From assembly GCA_043826435.1 (NCBI GenBank), contig JBDRQF010000054.1, positions 1 through 56,286 of the forward strand: a stretch of 56,286 nt of DNA, in the 5' to 3' direction. Of the stretch, positions 28,761 to 38,215 are shown piece after piece. The notes beneath the pieces were generated by a model, which did no database searches, was not told the DNA's origin, and saw only the letters and a program-made list of their open reading frames with translations. How positions within the stretch are numbered: position 1 is the first letter of the stretch; every line of letters begins with the position of its first letter. The DNA is from Elusimicrobiota bacterium. GTDB lineage: Bacteria > Elusimicrobiota > Endomicrobiia > CG1-02-37-114 > JAHJSO01. A program made the translations under genes and the position numbers.

Positions 28761-31700
28761 TCAATATTGAACTTCTTTTATTTCCTCAATTTCCACAATT
28801 TCTTTCTCTGTTAAACCATATATTTTATAAATTAATTGGTCAAGTTGTCTTTCATATTCCGATACCTTAATTTGTTTAGTCGTATTTTCAAGATAATCTT
28901 TAGAACCAGTTAGATTTAATATTCTATCAACTATTTCTACAATTGATTTCTGATTATTTATAATAAAAGGCAATTCATTAACCAAGCCAACTTTTACTTG
29001 AGCGAGTGTTTTCCCTTCTTCTTGAGAAAGAAAATGATAGAAAGTGTTTAGTAAATTGCTATTAAGTAATGCTAATGCATATTTAAGTGATATTTTTTCA
29101 TCTTTTGCTTTTTTATTAGGAAGAATAGTAAAAAGAGTATTATCTGTGTAGAACTGACCCATTTCTCTTTCATTATGATATGCAACAATTAAGTCATCAT
29201 CAGATTGACGCATTAATAACCTTTCGGGCTGATGATGATTTTTTATGTCACCACAAAAATGCCAATATTCTTCATGTTTGCTTATTTTACCTTTTCTACC
29301 AACACCTTTAGTTTTTTGGGGAACATAATGGATATCACAGTATTTATACTTGTTTTCTTCACTATCCCAAAAGATACCATATTTTTTAATTTGTTTTCCT
29401 TGGAGTAAACGAACTATGTTTGCCTTTACCTTTTCCTTAAAAAATATTTTTTCTCTAACATTTCCGGAATGGATACCAGTATCTAGAATATCAAAATATT
29501 TTTTAACTTTAGAATAGTTTATAAATTTTGAATACATACTAAGAATAGGTTTGGCGAAGAGCAATCTTATGTCTGGTAAAGTATGAATAGTAGTATATAA
29601 TACAGGTCCAATTTTTTGATATAAAAACGAAGGATATTCAAAAATTCCTGATTCATATTGCTTATTTTTTGGCTCTTCTTTTCTAAGAATAAAAACAGCA
29701 GTATAAATCATTGCTTCAAATGTCTCTTTAGGACATTTAATTAATTTAATAAAGTTGTTTTGTAGTAATAATTTCCGAACACGTTCCTTCGAAGCGAGTC
29801 CAATAAAACTATCATTTGTAATATATGTCATAATACCAGATTTTCTCACCAGTTCTAAACCCTTAAAAATAAAATGGACATATAGATCGTCAGACCAATG
29901 TTTTTCTTTTCCATTTTTAATTTCAATAAATACTTGTTCTAATTGTTCAATAATTCGCATAGACAAATTTTCTTTTTTTACGTACGGTGGATTTGCAATC
30001 ACCACATCAAACCCATCTTTTACTCCAAACATCCATTCTGGGTCAAACCAATCGGCTGATTTATTGGAGTTATACGGGTCCCAATCAGATATTTTTTTAG
30101 TGTCTTCTGATGGAAATCCGCTTTCTTTTAATAATGCTGATATTTTGTTTCTTATTTCTTTATCTTTTTCTCGTAGTTTTTCTTTTTCATTTATGGCACT
30201 GGTGCGGAAATATATTTCTCGGACTCTTTTTAATTCTTCTTCTAATTTTGAAAGCCGTGGGTCTTTCAAATCAAGTTGTCCTTTTAAATTTAATCCTATC
30301 AATGAATTAGCAGAAATAAAATTTAATTCTAAATTCGGTAATGGCTCAATACCATAATTTTCTTGCTCTCTGTCAATTTTTTCATCTACTAAAAGTGAAA
30401 TAAAAAATCTTAGTTTAGCAATTTGCGTTGCTATTGGCTGAATGTCCACTCCATAGATACAGTTTTGGATTAGAGGTTTTTTCCACTGTCTATTATGTGT
30501 GCCCAATTTGGATAAGACAAGAACAAGTTTCTGTAAAATACCCATTGGAAATGCGCCTGAGCCGACTGCCGGGTCTATGATTTTCAGATTATTAACTGAA
30601 TTCATTAAGGTATTTGTTTCGCTGTCATTAAAAGGATTTTCTTCGGAATCGTAAGACAACAAATTGTTTAGTTTATCATCTATATTTTCAATATTTGGCA
30701 GTTTGGTTTTAAAATATTCTTTTAGTGATTGTGTTACCATATAATCAACTATTTCTCTTGGAGTGTAGTAACTACCTGTTGCTTTACGGGCAGTTGTTGC
30801 TGTTTCAGGGTTGTAACTGGCAAGTAAATTTTCAAAGACCCTGCCTAATAATTCAGGGTCTAATGCAATTTCTACATCAACAGGTGTGCTTTCATCTATT
30901 GTAAAATTGTATATCTGTAATAAATCTATTATTCCTCTAACTGTATATTTTTTCTCTTTTGTGCCATAGTCCTCGTTTAAATCTTCAAAATGTTTATCTG
31001 AATAAAATAAAAAATTAGGCACATTTGCTTGGCTATCTTCTCTATCAGAAAATCCGTCTATCCTTATATATTTACCTTCATCTTTACTTCCTCTTACAGA
31101 TCCTACTTCGGCAGAGTGCCTACTTTCGGCAATTCTATCCAGACATTCAAATAACCCACCATTTAAGAAAGGGATATTATTAAAAATGGACTTCATATCT
31201 TCGGGATTTGTGAAAAGTTTGTGAAAACGATAAACATTGGGATTCATAAAGTCCTTGTTTTTACCCCGATAGGTTTTTTCTGTTCTGAAGTCTCTGGCTT
31301 TTATAGGTGTATTTAATGTAGCAAAAAATAGATTTTGTAGGACTGCTTTGTAATAGGTGGTTTCATTTTGTGATAAATCTTTTAAAATGGTTTCTAAATA
31401 TTCACGATTAAATAAATTCTCCGGTATAAGTCCTTTTTGTTTCATAAACCAGATAAAAATCAGACGGGTAATAAGTCGTATGGTAAATATATTTTTTCCG
31501 TGTTGTTCTTTTTCTGCATCTTTTGGGCACTTTATATTTTTTAATGTCCAGAAATACCAATTTGATAATTCACTAAAAAATTCTTTTGTTACTATTTCAA
31601 CAGAGAATCTGCTTAATAAATCATCAAAATTATTTATTCTTCCTTTTCCTATTAAAAATATTGTTGGGGTATGAACCTTTGCATCAGGACCCAGAAAGAA

Positions 31701-32090
31701 AGAATATCTACGGGGATTGGAGTAGTCCTTTGTAACTCGGGAACCTTCCAACTTTAAATCAATAGTTGCAAGTGAAAAACGATAGTTATGTGAGTTCCGG
31801 GAGATAAATACAGCAAGCGCTTTTCGGACTCCATAGTTGCTCATTAAACGGAATGTTTCTCTGGAGAGTGTTACTCTTGGGTCAGATTCGGACTCATGCT
31901 CAATTTCATAAACATGTAAGTTTTCTAAAGAGGGCACGTGTCCAATTAACTTTACCCTTTTTATTCTATCGGGTTTAAAAGAAAGGTCTTTTATATTTAT
32001 AGGTTCGGTGGTTTGCTCAAAATCATCAGGCAGGAAATTGTTTAAGAATTTTATAAACTCTTTTTGGTTATACGGCTGTCTAAAATCCAT
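28761..32090 (-). CDS. Type IIG-like (Eco57I/TaqI-type) N6-adenine DNA methyltransferase with C-terminal TRD
   Basis: PFLNGGLF, LLGRVFENLL, GSYYTP, DPAVGSGAF (motif I), GFDVVIANPPY (motif IV) and a TaqI_C-like region (YALALLNS). Confidence 0.9.
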   Translation of the reverse strand: MDFRQPYNQKEFIKFLNNFLPDDFEQTTEPINIKDLSFKPDRIKRVKLIGHVPSLENLHVYEIEHESESDPRVTLSRETFRLMSNYGVRKALAVFISRNSHNYRFSLATIDLKLEGSRVTKDYSNPRRYSFFLGPDAKVHTPTIFLIGKGRINNFDDLLSRFSVEIVTKEFFSELSNWYFWTLKNIKCPKDAEKEQHGKNIFTIRLITRLIFIWFMKQKGLIPENLFNREYLETILKDLSQNETTYYKAVLQNLFFATLNTPIKARDFRTEKTYRGKNKDFMNPNVYRFHKLFTNPEDMKSIFNNIPFLNGGLFECLDRIAESRHSAEVGSVRGSKDEGKYIRIDGFSDREDSQANVPNFLFYSDKHFEDLNEDYGTKEKKYTVRGIIDLLQIYNFTIDESTPVDVEIALDPELLGRVFENLLASYNPETATTARKATGSYYTPREIVDYMVTQSLKEYFKTKLPNIENIDDKLNNLLSYDSEENPFNDSETNTLMNSVNNLKIIDPAVGSGAFPMGILQKLVLVLSKLGTHNRQWKKPLIQNCIYGVDIQPIATQIAKLRFFISLLVDEKIDREQENYGIEPLPNLELNFISANSLIGLNLKGQLDLKDPRLSKLEEELKRVREIYFRTSAINEKEKLREKDKEIRNKISALLKESGFPSEDTKKISDWDPYNSNKSADWFDPEWMFGVKDGFDVVIANPPYVKKENLSMRIIEQLEQVFIEIKNGKEKHWSDDLYVHFIFKGLELVRKSGIMTYITNDSFIGLASKERVRKLLLQNNFIKLIKCPKETFEAMIYTAVFILRKEEPKNKQYESGIFEYPSFLYQKIGPVLYTTIHTLPDIRLLFAKPILSMYSKFINYSKVKKYFDILDTGIHSGNVREKIFFKEKVKANIVRLLQGKQIKKYGIFWDSEENKYKYCDIHYVPQKTKGVGRKGKISKHEEYWHFCGDIKNHHQPERLLMRQSDDDLIVAYHNEREMGQFYTDNTLFTILPNKKAKDEKISLKYALALLNSNLLNTFYHFLSQEEGKTLAQVKVGLVNELPFIINNQKSIVEIVDRILNLTGSKDYLENTTKQIKVSEYERQLDQLIYKIYGLTEKEIVEIEEIKEVQY

Positions 32091-32102
32091 AAGATTGCCT
32101 TT

Positions 32103-33479
32103 TTATTTATCCTCTGTTGAGCCGTTTATGAGCCGTTTATGAGCCGTTTGAACCCTTTGTGGACCATTTTTTAATGTATAAAAAGTGCCTTTCCCGGTAA
32201 CTCCTTGCTGTTCCAATATGTTCATATCGACAAGTACTGCCAAATCTCTTGAAGCAGTTGGTTTGGAAACTGATGCTATTTTCTGATACTCCTTGTTAGT
32301 TATTTCCCCTATCTCTTTCACATACTTCACTGCTTTTATTTGTCGTTCATTTAATCCCATCTTTCTCAGCTTTTCCTCGGTATAAATATCTTTATAGAAA
32401 TAAACGGAAAACCCACCAAACTCTTCTTTAAATTCCGGTTCTGGTAGTCCTGACTTTTTGCATTCATCAGTTATTTTAATTGTCCCTCTGCCCCATGCCT
32501 CTATTAACCCCGCCTTAAAAAATATATCCGCAAGTAATTCATTCCTTGGTTTTGAAAGATGCTTCTTCTTTAAGTCCTCAATCTTGACTTCTTTGGGTAA
32601 CTTACCTTCATTCCATAACATCAATTTATCCGGATAAATTTTCAATTGTGTATGTGCTCCGATATAATCTCTGTGAACAACAGCATTAATTATTGCTTCT
32701 CTTAATGCTTCTTCTGGATATTCAAGTTCTTCTTTTCTGTAAATGCCTTCAAACTTTATTTCAGAGACAAGGTATTTTATTCTCAATAACTCAATTGCTT
32801 TCTCAACCTGCTCAAAGAGATTTCCTTCAACATCGTCGGAACTTACAATATCCGTATCTGAAAGAAACTTGCCAATTTTAATATATGCACTTGTAAAATA
32901 TTTTTTGGGATTTTTACCAAATAATAAAATTGCGGCTCTCTTTAATTTGCCATCTTCAGTCAAATTCAATTTTTCCAAGAGGTTAAAATTATCCTTTTCT
33001 TTGTAAGCAAACGGCAGTCGTTTTCTTGAAAGTCCTCTAAATTCATCAAGTGTCTTAATACTAATATCATCTATTGTGGTTTTTTCCTCAGCAGCATATT
33101 CATCCCAACCTTTACCGGACTTTGAAATCAAAAATCTTGTTAATTCTCTTCCTTTTAACTCCTGCGTGGTGCTACCGCTTCTTATATAGAATTGTCCCTT
33201 GTATGAAATAGGGACATAGGAAAGTGGTATAAAAATTTTGATGATTTCTTTTCCCGTTTTCTTTTCAAGTGTTACATTGGGGATAATACCTAAAATATCT
33301 TTAATTTTATTCGGTATATCTTCAAGAAGTTTTTTAGCATCTCTAACACCAACAGGTTTGCCTTTGTCATCAATTCCTACAACTAACTCTCCCCCATCAG
33401 TATTAGCAAAGGCACAGATGACTTTGAGATATTCATCTCGCCACATAGATTTAAATTCTCTGTCTTGTGATTCTCTCAT
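32103..33479 (-). CDS. AlbA_2 (Schlafen-like) + HATPase_c_4 + wHTH protein
   Basis: ESQDREFK, CAFANTDGG.L.VGIDD, REAIINAVVHRDY, RN..LA, IEAWGRG and TASRDL. Confidence 0.9.
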   Translation of the reverse strand: MRESQDREFKSMWRDEYLKVICAFANTDGGELVVGIDDKGKPVGVRDAKKLLEDIPNKIKDILGIIPNVTLEKKTGKEIIKIFIPLSYVPISYKGQFYIRSGSTTQELKGRELTRFLISKSGKGWDEYAAEEKTTIDDISIKTLDEFRGLSRKRLPFAYKEKDNFNLLEKLNLTEDGKLKRAAILLFGKNPKKYFTSAYIKIGKFLSDTDIVSSDDVEGNLFEQVEKAIELLRIKYLVSEIKFEGIYRKEELEYPEEALREAIINAVVHRDYIGAHTQLKIYPDKLMLWNEGKLPKEVKIEDLKKKHLSKPRNELLADIFFKAGLIEAWGRGTIKITDECKKSGLPEPEFKEEFGGFSVYFYKDIYTEEKLRKMGLNERQIKAVKYVKEIGEITNKEYQKIASVSKPTASRDLAVLVDMNILEQQGVTGKGTFYTLKNGPQRVQTAHKRLINGSTEDK

Positions 33480-33550
33480 AACTTAAACCTTATATGTATC
33501 CAGGACAATTCTCTCAACAGTGTTGAGAGTTTTTATAATATCCAAACTCA

Positions 33551-36500
33551 TTAAATTAACTCCTCAGATATGATTAAACTTTCTTCCTCATCATCAATAC
33601 TATTTGCTTTTTCTCTTAATTCAATCAGGTATTTATGGGGGACTTCTTTTTTCAATTTATCAATATCCTGTTTTAGTTGTTTTTCTGATATTGCCCTTAT
33701 TTGTTTTGCATACCTCTCCGGCAGAGAATCCAACTTCTCCAATACATATTGTAAATCTTCCATGTAGTCCTTATGTTCAGGAAGTTTTTCTTTTAAGACC
33801 ACTATTTTATCTATTGCTTCTCTTCTGCCTTTATCATACGCCACTTGTGATTTCTTTACAAATAGATTATTTTTAATATTCTGGTATGTCTTTTCAAAAT
33901 TCTTTGAGACAATTTCAGGTTTCTCGTTAATATCCGCTTTAAATAATTTCAATGCTAATTCCTGGCTTATGTTTGAAAACTCTGCGGGCGAAGTGCCGAG
34001 TTTAAATGTATATTCACTGCCTTTTCTTGCAAATACAATAACCCCTTTCTGTTCTTTCTGGACGGTTCTTTTTATTCTGGTTCTTTTTGGTATTTTCATT
34101 GATTCTTCAATGATTTGCGGATAAGTTAATTTCAAATCATTTATTAGATTTCTATATTCTACATCCCAGGACAATTCTTCCTGTTGTTTGTCTAATTCCA
34201 GATATTTTTCTTTATAATATGAACGTAATTCCTCGTCAGAAGTAAGTACTTTGGTATCTTCTCCAAGTAGTGCATGAATAAGAGCAATCTTTAAGGTGGA
34301 TATCTGTTTTATTCTTGTTTCTTTTTCTCCGGTAGCAGTAGGGAAAAAATTATAAATAAACAATTCATCAAAGACCTTTTTATTTATTCGGTTTATTCTC
34401 CCGACACGATGTATTACACGGGTAGGATTATATGGTATGTCATAGTTAAATACAGTTCCTGCCCGATGTAAATTGAAGCCCTCTGATATGGCATCTGTTG
34501 CAATTAGGACTTCATAATCATTCTTTTGGTCTTTCTCTATTATTCCTGCATCAAAATTTTCTTTAATTGTCTTTTTATTTGTTTTGTTTGCATCGGATGA
34601 ACTATATTTAAATACTTTAAGGGATTTGGGTAATTGTTCAAATAGATATTCAGCCGTATCAGCAAATTCTGTAAATACGATAATTTTTCTGCCGCGTTTC
34701 TTTTTAAGTTCATCGGTGATTATTTCCTTAAAATGTTTTAATTTGGGGTCTTGTTTAATACCTTCTTTGAACCATTCACTTTTTATTTCTTTTAGTAATT
34801 TTATGTCTTTTTCTACATCTTCAACAAACTGTTTTTTTATTTCTTTCTTGTCAATTAATTTTAGTCCTTTTGCTTCTAATTTTTTTATCTGTTCGTCATC
34901 AATAATATCTTCAATTTTTTTAAATAAATCATTTTCATATTCTTCAACCAGGGCATCTATATCCGGTAAATTGCCCTTTTTGTAAATTGGTACTTTCCCG
35001 AGTTTATTATACCAGGTAAGAATATTTTCAGAAGAGTTGATTATTGAGTCCAATGACTCCTTGAAAGCATATACTGAACTCTCAAACCTTCTTACTAACA
35101 ATCGCCTCATGAATTTTGCTAAGTTAATCTGTGATTGTCTGAATAGTGCCTCATCGCCAAATTCTTCATCAATTTCCTTTTTATATTTCTCAATATCTTT
35201 TAAGTAAGTTACGGGTTTGTATCTTGCGCCTATTAATCCTTTTTCTTCATCCTCCGGAGATATTTTTTCTAGTGTTTCTTTGTATAAAGAACTTAGAGAA
35301 CCAAGTTCATATTCCAATAGTTCAGGTGGATGGACTTTTGGAAAGGATAACTTCTGTTTTTTCAGGTCTTCTTTATATTCTTTTATTGCCTCCAAATCTA
35401 ACCTTGACCGACGAATAACAACCGGCCAAAGAATGTCTCTTATTTTGTCAGCAAGTTCTTTTATTTCCTTCTTCATTGCCTGGTTGGTTTCTCTCTGAGC
35501 CTTTTGAATTGCTTTGTAGTCCTTAACAAGTTGTCTGAACTGATAAGAAAGATTATCTACGGTCTGTATTGTTGATTTTGCAACTATCTGGAATAGTTTT
35601 ATCATTGAAAATATATCTTGAGGTCGGTTATTAAAAGGCGTGGCAGATAAAAGCATAACTTTATTTCCATGACAGAATTGATGGAGATGTGCATAATCTA
35701 TGGTTTCCTCATTTCTATATTTATGTGCTTCATCAATTATAATGAGTTTTTCTTCCTCGGGATCATCGTTTTCTTTGAGCGCCTCTTCAATTTTCCCATT
35801 GCTATATACTTTTGCATTATAATCAAATTCGTATCTATAATCTTCCCATTGTTCCACAAGATGAGGCGGCGCTATAATAACCGTTTTTAATCTTAAATTA
35901 TGAGCGACAACTGACGCCACAACACTTTTACCCAACCCGACAACATCTGCGACAATTACTCCGTCATGCTTTTCTATGATTCTTATTGCCTGCTCAATAG
36001 CGTCTATCTGGTATTTTAAACTGAGGTATTTTTTTGATATTTGCGATGCATGTTTTATATTTTTTGACTTTATAACCGAGTAAAACTCTTCCAGAACTCT
36101 AACATATAACAAATAGGGTCTGGGAAGTTTATCAATCCATATTTTTTCAACTACTTCTGTCAAGAATTCTTCAAGGTTGGTTTTATCTACTATATTTACA
36201 GCGGTATCCCAGAGTGCTTTAAATATTTTCCATGCTTCATCATATTCATCTCTAAGGATTACATTTATTTCACATCTATCTTTTAGACCTGACCTTGTGA
36301 AATTGCTTGAGCCAGTAATGACTACCCCGGGAGTTTCACCACCCTGGTTATATTCTTCTTTATGTTTAAAAATATACAATTTCGCATGGTTTGGTTGAAT
36401 TGTCTTCTTTATTTCCAGAGTGCCGTCTTTTATCTTCTTTAAAAATAATCTAAATGCATTTTGTTTTTCTTCAGAATCAAAAAAGTCCGTATCATTGAAT

Positions 36501-36790
36501 ATGCTTACAAAGGACTTATTGAAATTATCCTTGATTTTACCTCTGGATAGATTTAATTCCTGAATAAATTCAACTTCCTTAATTTTATTTAACAAGTCCC
36601 TCTCAACATCAAGGCCTATTAATATTTTTACCTCTTTGCTTGGCGACAGGTCTATTGTTTTGTATAATTCCTCAAATCCAGAAAAATAAAAATATCCCAC
36701 TAACATATAGAGATTCTGTGTAGATGGCAGGATGTTGTTGATTACTTCAGAAAGCAATTTTTCCTGGTTTGTTATAAATTGCGTGCTCAT
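33551..36790 (-). CDS. PLD-nuclease + SNF2-like helicase (restriction subunit partner of the MTase)
   Basis: VGYFYFSG, HAKLY...GSSN (PLD), ADVVGLGKS, DEAH, SATP.NN, SEGFNLH and NPTRV. Confidence 0.88.
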   Translation of the reverse strand: MSTQFITNQEKLLSEVINNILPSTQNLYMLVGYFYFSGFEELYKTIDLSPSKEVKILIGLDVERDLLNKIKEVEFIQELNLSRGKIKDNFNKSFVSIFNDTDFFDSEEKQNAFRLFLKKIKDGTLEIKKTIQPNHAKLYIFKHKEEYNQGGETPGVVITGSSNFTRSGLKDRCEINVILRDEYDEAWKIFKALWDTAVNIVDKTNLEEFLTEVVEKIWIDKLPRPYLLYVRVLEEFYSVIKSKNIKHASQISKKYLSLKYQIDAIEQAIRIIEKHDGVIVADVVGLGKSVVASVVAHNLRLKTVIIAPPHLVEQWEDYRYEFDYNAKVYSNGKIEEALKENDDPEEEKLIIIDEAHKYRNEETIDYAHLHQFCHGNKVMLLSATPFNNRPQDIFSMIKLFQIVAKSTIQTVDNLSYQFRQLVKDYKAIQKAQRETNQAMKKEIKELADKIRDILWPVVIRRSRLDLEAIKEYKEDLKKQKLSFPKVHPPELLEYELGSLSSLYKETLEKISPEDEEKGLIGARYKPVTYLKDIEKYKKEIDEEFGDEALFRQSQINLAKFMRRLLVRRFESSVYAFKESLDSIINSSENILTWYNKLGKVPIYKKGNLPDIDALVEEYENDLFKKIEDIIDDEQIKKLEAKGLKLIDKKEIKKQFVEDVEKDIKLLKEIKSEWFKEGIKQDPKLKHFKEIITDELKKKRGRKIIVFTEFADTAEYLFEQLPKSLKVFKYSSSDANKTNKKTIKENFDAGIIEKDQKNDYEVLIATDAISEGFNLHRAGTVFNYDIPYNPTRVIHRVGRINRINKKVFDELFIYNFFPTATGEKETRIKQISTLKIALIHALLGEDTKVLTSDEELRSYYKEKYLELDKQQEELSWDVEYRNLINDLKLTYPQIIEESMKIPKRTRIKRTVQKEQKGVIVFARKGSEYTFKLGTSPAEFSNISQELALKLFKADINEKPEIVSKNFEKTYQNIKNNLFVKKSQVAYDKGRREAIDKIVVLKEKLPEHKDYMEDLQYVLEKLDSLPERYAKQIRAISEKQLKQDIDKLKKEVPHKYLIELREKANSIDDEEESLIISEELI

Positions 36791-36805
36791 AGTTTGTGAA
36801 TCGTT

Positions 36806-36845
36806 GCCCTGCTATCTATATCGTCGCCCTGTTATCTATATCGTC
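36806..36845. repeat. 20-bp tandem duplication at the island's right edge
   Basis: gccctgctatctatatcgtc / gccctgttatctatatcgtc; spans the DEAD-box helicase stop codon. Confidence 0.85.
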
Positions 36846-38040
36846 GGTGATTAAACGAACCCTGCTGCCTGCCACGGTAAGGACGATGTGCCGGGGCAGA
36901 CGCGGAATGTGTGGAAGAAAAATGTTCCGTTGGAATAACGGAATGTCTGGAAAGCGGGATTGATGTCCTGATGATTTTTTCTATATTTAACACATCTCTC
37001 TTCTGGTCGGGGGTTGCGAAAGTAATAGAGTGTCCTTCCCGTCCCGCCCTCCCTGTACGACCTATCCTGTGAACATAAATCTCCGGGTCATCGGGCAGGT
37101 CGTAATTTATAACGAGTTCTATACCGGTCACATCAATACCCCGTGCTGCAATGTCAGTGGCGACAAGAATGCGGTACTTACCGGACTTAAATCCACCGAG
37201 CGCTTCTTTTCGTTGGGCTAAATTACGGTCAGAGTGAATCTCAGCAGCGTTATGTCCCATTGCCCTTAAAAAAGGCGTTATTTTATGTGCTGCTCTTTTT
37301 GTCCGCATGAACAAAAGGACCGACCCCGTATATTGTTTAAGCACTGCCCCGAGAAGTTTTCCTTTCATGTTTTTACTTACAATGAACATCTCCTGGGAAA
37401 CCTTTTCGGCTGCTGTTCCTGTGGGGGCTATCTCGGTACGGACTGGCATGTGCATGTGGTTGGATGCAATCTTCACAATACTGGACGGTATTGTCGCTGA
37501 GAAAAGCATTGTCTGCCGGTCCCTCGGAATGAGTTTTAGAATTTGCTCCACCTGCGGGGCGAAACCCATATCAAGCATGCGGTCCGCTTCATCCAGAACG
37601 AGAATGCACACATCGTCCAACCGTATATGGTGCTGGCCGATATGGTCAATGAGACGACCTGGGGTTGCAATGATAATCCGCGGGTTATTTCTCAGTGACA
37701 TGCTCTGGTTGTACATAGATTCCCCGCCTATAATTACCGTCGTTCTCATATTGAATTTTGCCACGAAATTACCAAGTAGTTCATTGGCCTGTAAAGCAAG
37801 TTCGCGGGTGGGGGTAAGCACCAATCCCCTGCCTTTTTCCTGGGCAAGTCGCTGTATCATAGGAATACCGAAAGCGAGTGTTTTACCTGTACCCGTCTGA
37901 GCGATTCCGATGATGTCCTTGCCTTCTATGGCTACGGGTATGGCTTTGTGTTGTATAGGAGTGGGTATATTAAATTTCATCCTGTCAAGCACTTCAAGAA
38001 ACCCCGGGGCTATACCGAGTCCGTAAAAACTATTTTGCAT
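36832..38040 (-). CDS. rhlE: DEAD-box RNA helicase (RhlE-like)
   Basis: Q motif PTPIQ, AQTGTGKT, PTRELA, TPGRL, DEAD, SAT, ARGID and HRIGRTGR. Confidence 0.9.
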   Translation of the reverse strand: MQNSFYGLGIAPGFLEVLDRMKFNIPTPIQHKAIPVAIEGKDIIGIAQTGTGKTLAFGIPMIQRLAQEKGRGLVLTPTRELALQANELLGNFVAKFNMRTTVIIGGESMYNQSMSLRNNPRIIIATPGRLIDHIGQHHIRLDDVCILVLDEADRMLDMGFAPQVEQILKLIPRDRQTMLFSATIPSSIVKIASNHMHMPVRTEIAPTGTAAEKVSQEMFIVSKNMKGKLLGAVLKQYTGSVLLFMRTKRAAHKITPFLRAMGHNAAEIHSDRNLAQRKEALGGFKSGKYRILVATDIAARGIDVTGIELVINYDLPDDPEIYVHRIGRTGRAGREGHSITFATPDQKRDVLNIEKIIRTSIPLSRHSVIPTEHFSSTHSASAPAHRPYRGRQQGSFNHRRYR

Positions 38041-38177
38041 TGAATTCCTCCCTTTGCCGTGTCTCCGTCTCTTTAATCACACAACATCTGATTATAGCAA
38101 ATTTTCTGCCGTTTTAACATAGCGTCCGAAAACATAAAGGATTCTCCACACAGACAACAAAAAATAACAAAAAACAA

Positions 38178-38206
38178 TTGACTTCTACGAAAAAAATTTG
38201 TAGAAT
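38178..38206 (+). promoter_or_regulatory. Sigma70-type promoter of the amrB-amrA fusion
   Basis: TTGACT-17 bp-TAGAAT, ending 9 nt before the ATG at 38216. Confidence 0.6.
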
Positions 38207-38215
38207 ACAGGCGTT

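Larger units (their letters stand above)
18620..36825. mobile_element. AT-rich defence island between the DEAD-box helicase gene and ftsA (boundaries approximate)
   Basis: Visible drop in GC relative to the flanks. All genes are RM, TA or nuclease types, with gene fragments and an IS end. No integrase is present in the interval. Confidence 0.8.

Noticed and set aside
28761..36790. Complete BREX or DISARM system
   Set aside because: No PglZ, BrxC or BrxL, and no DrmA/DrmB (DUF1998) genes, are recognisable in the window.
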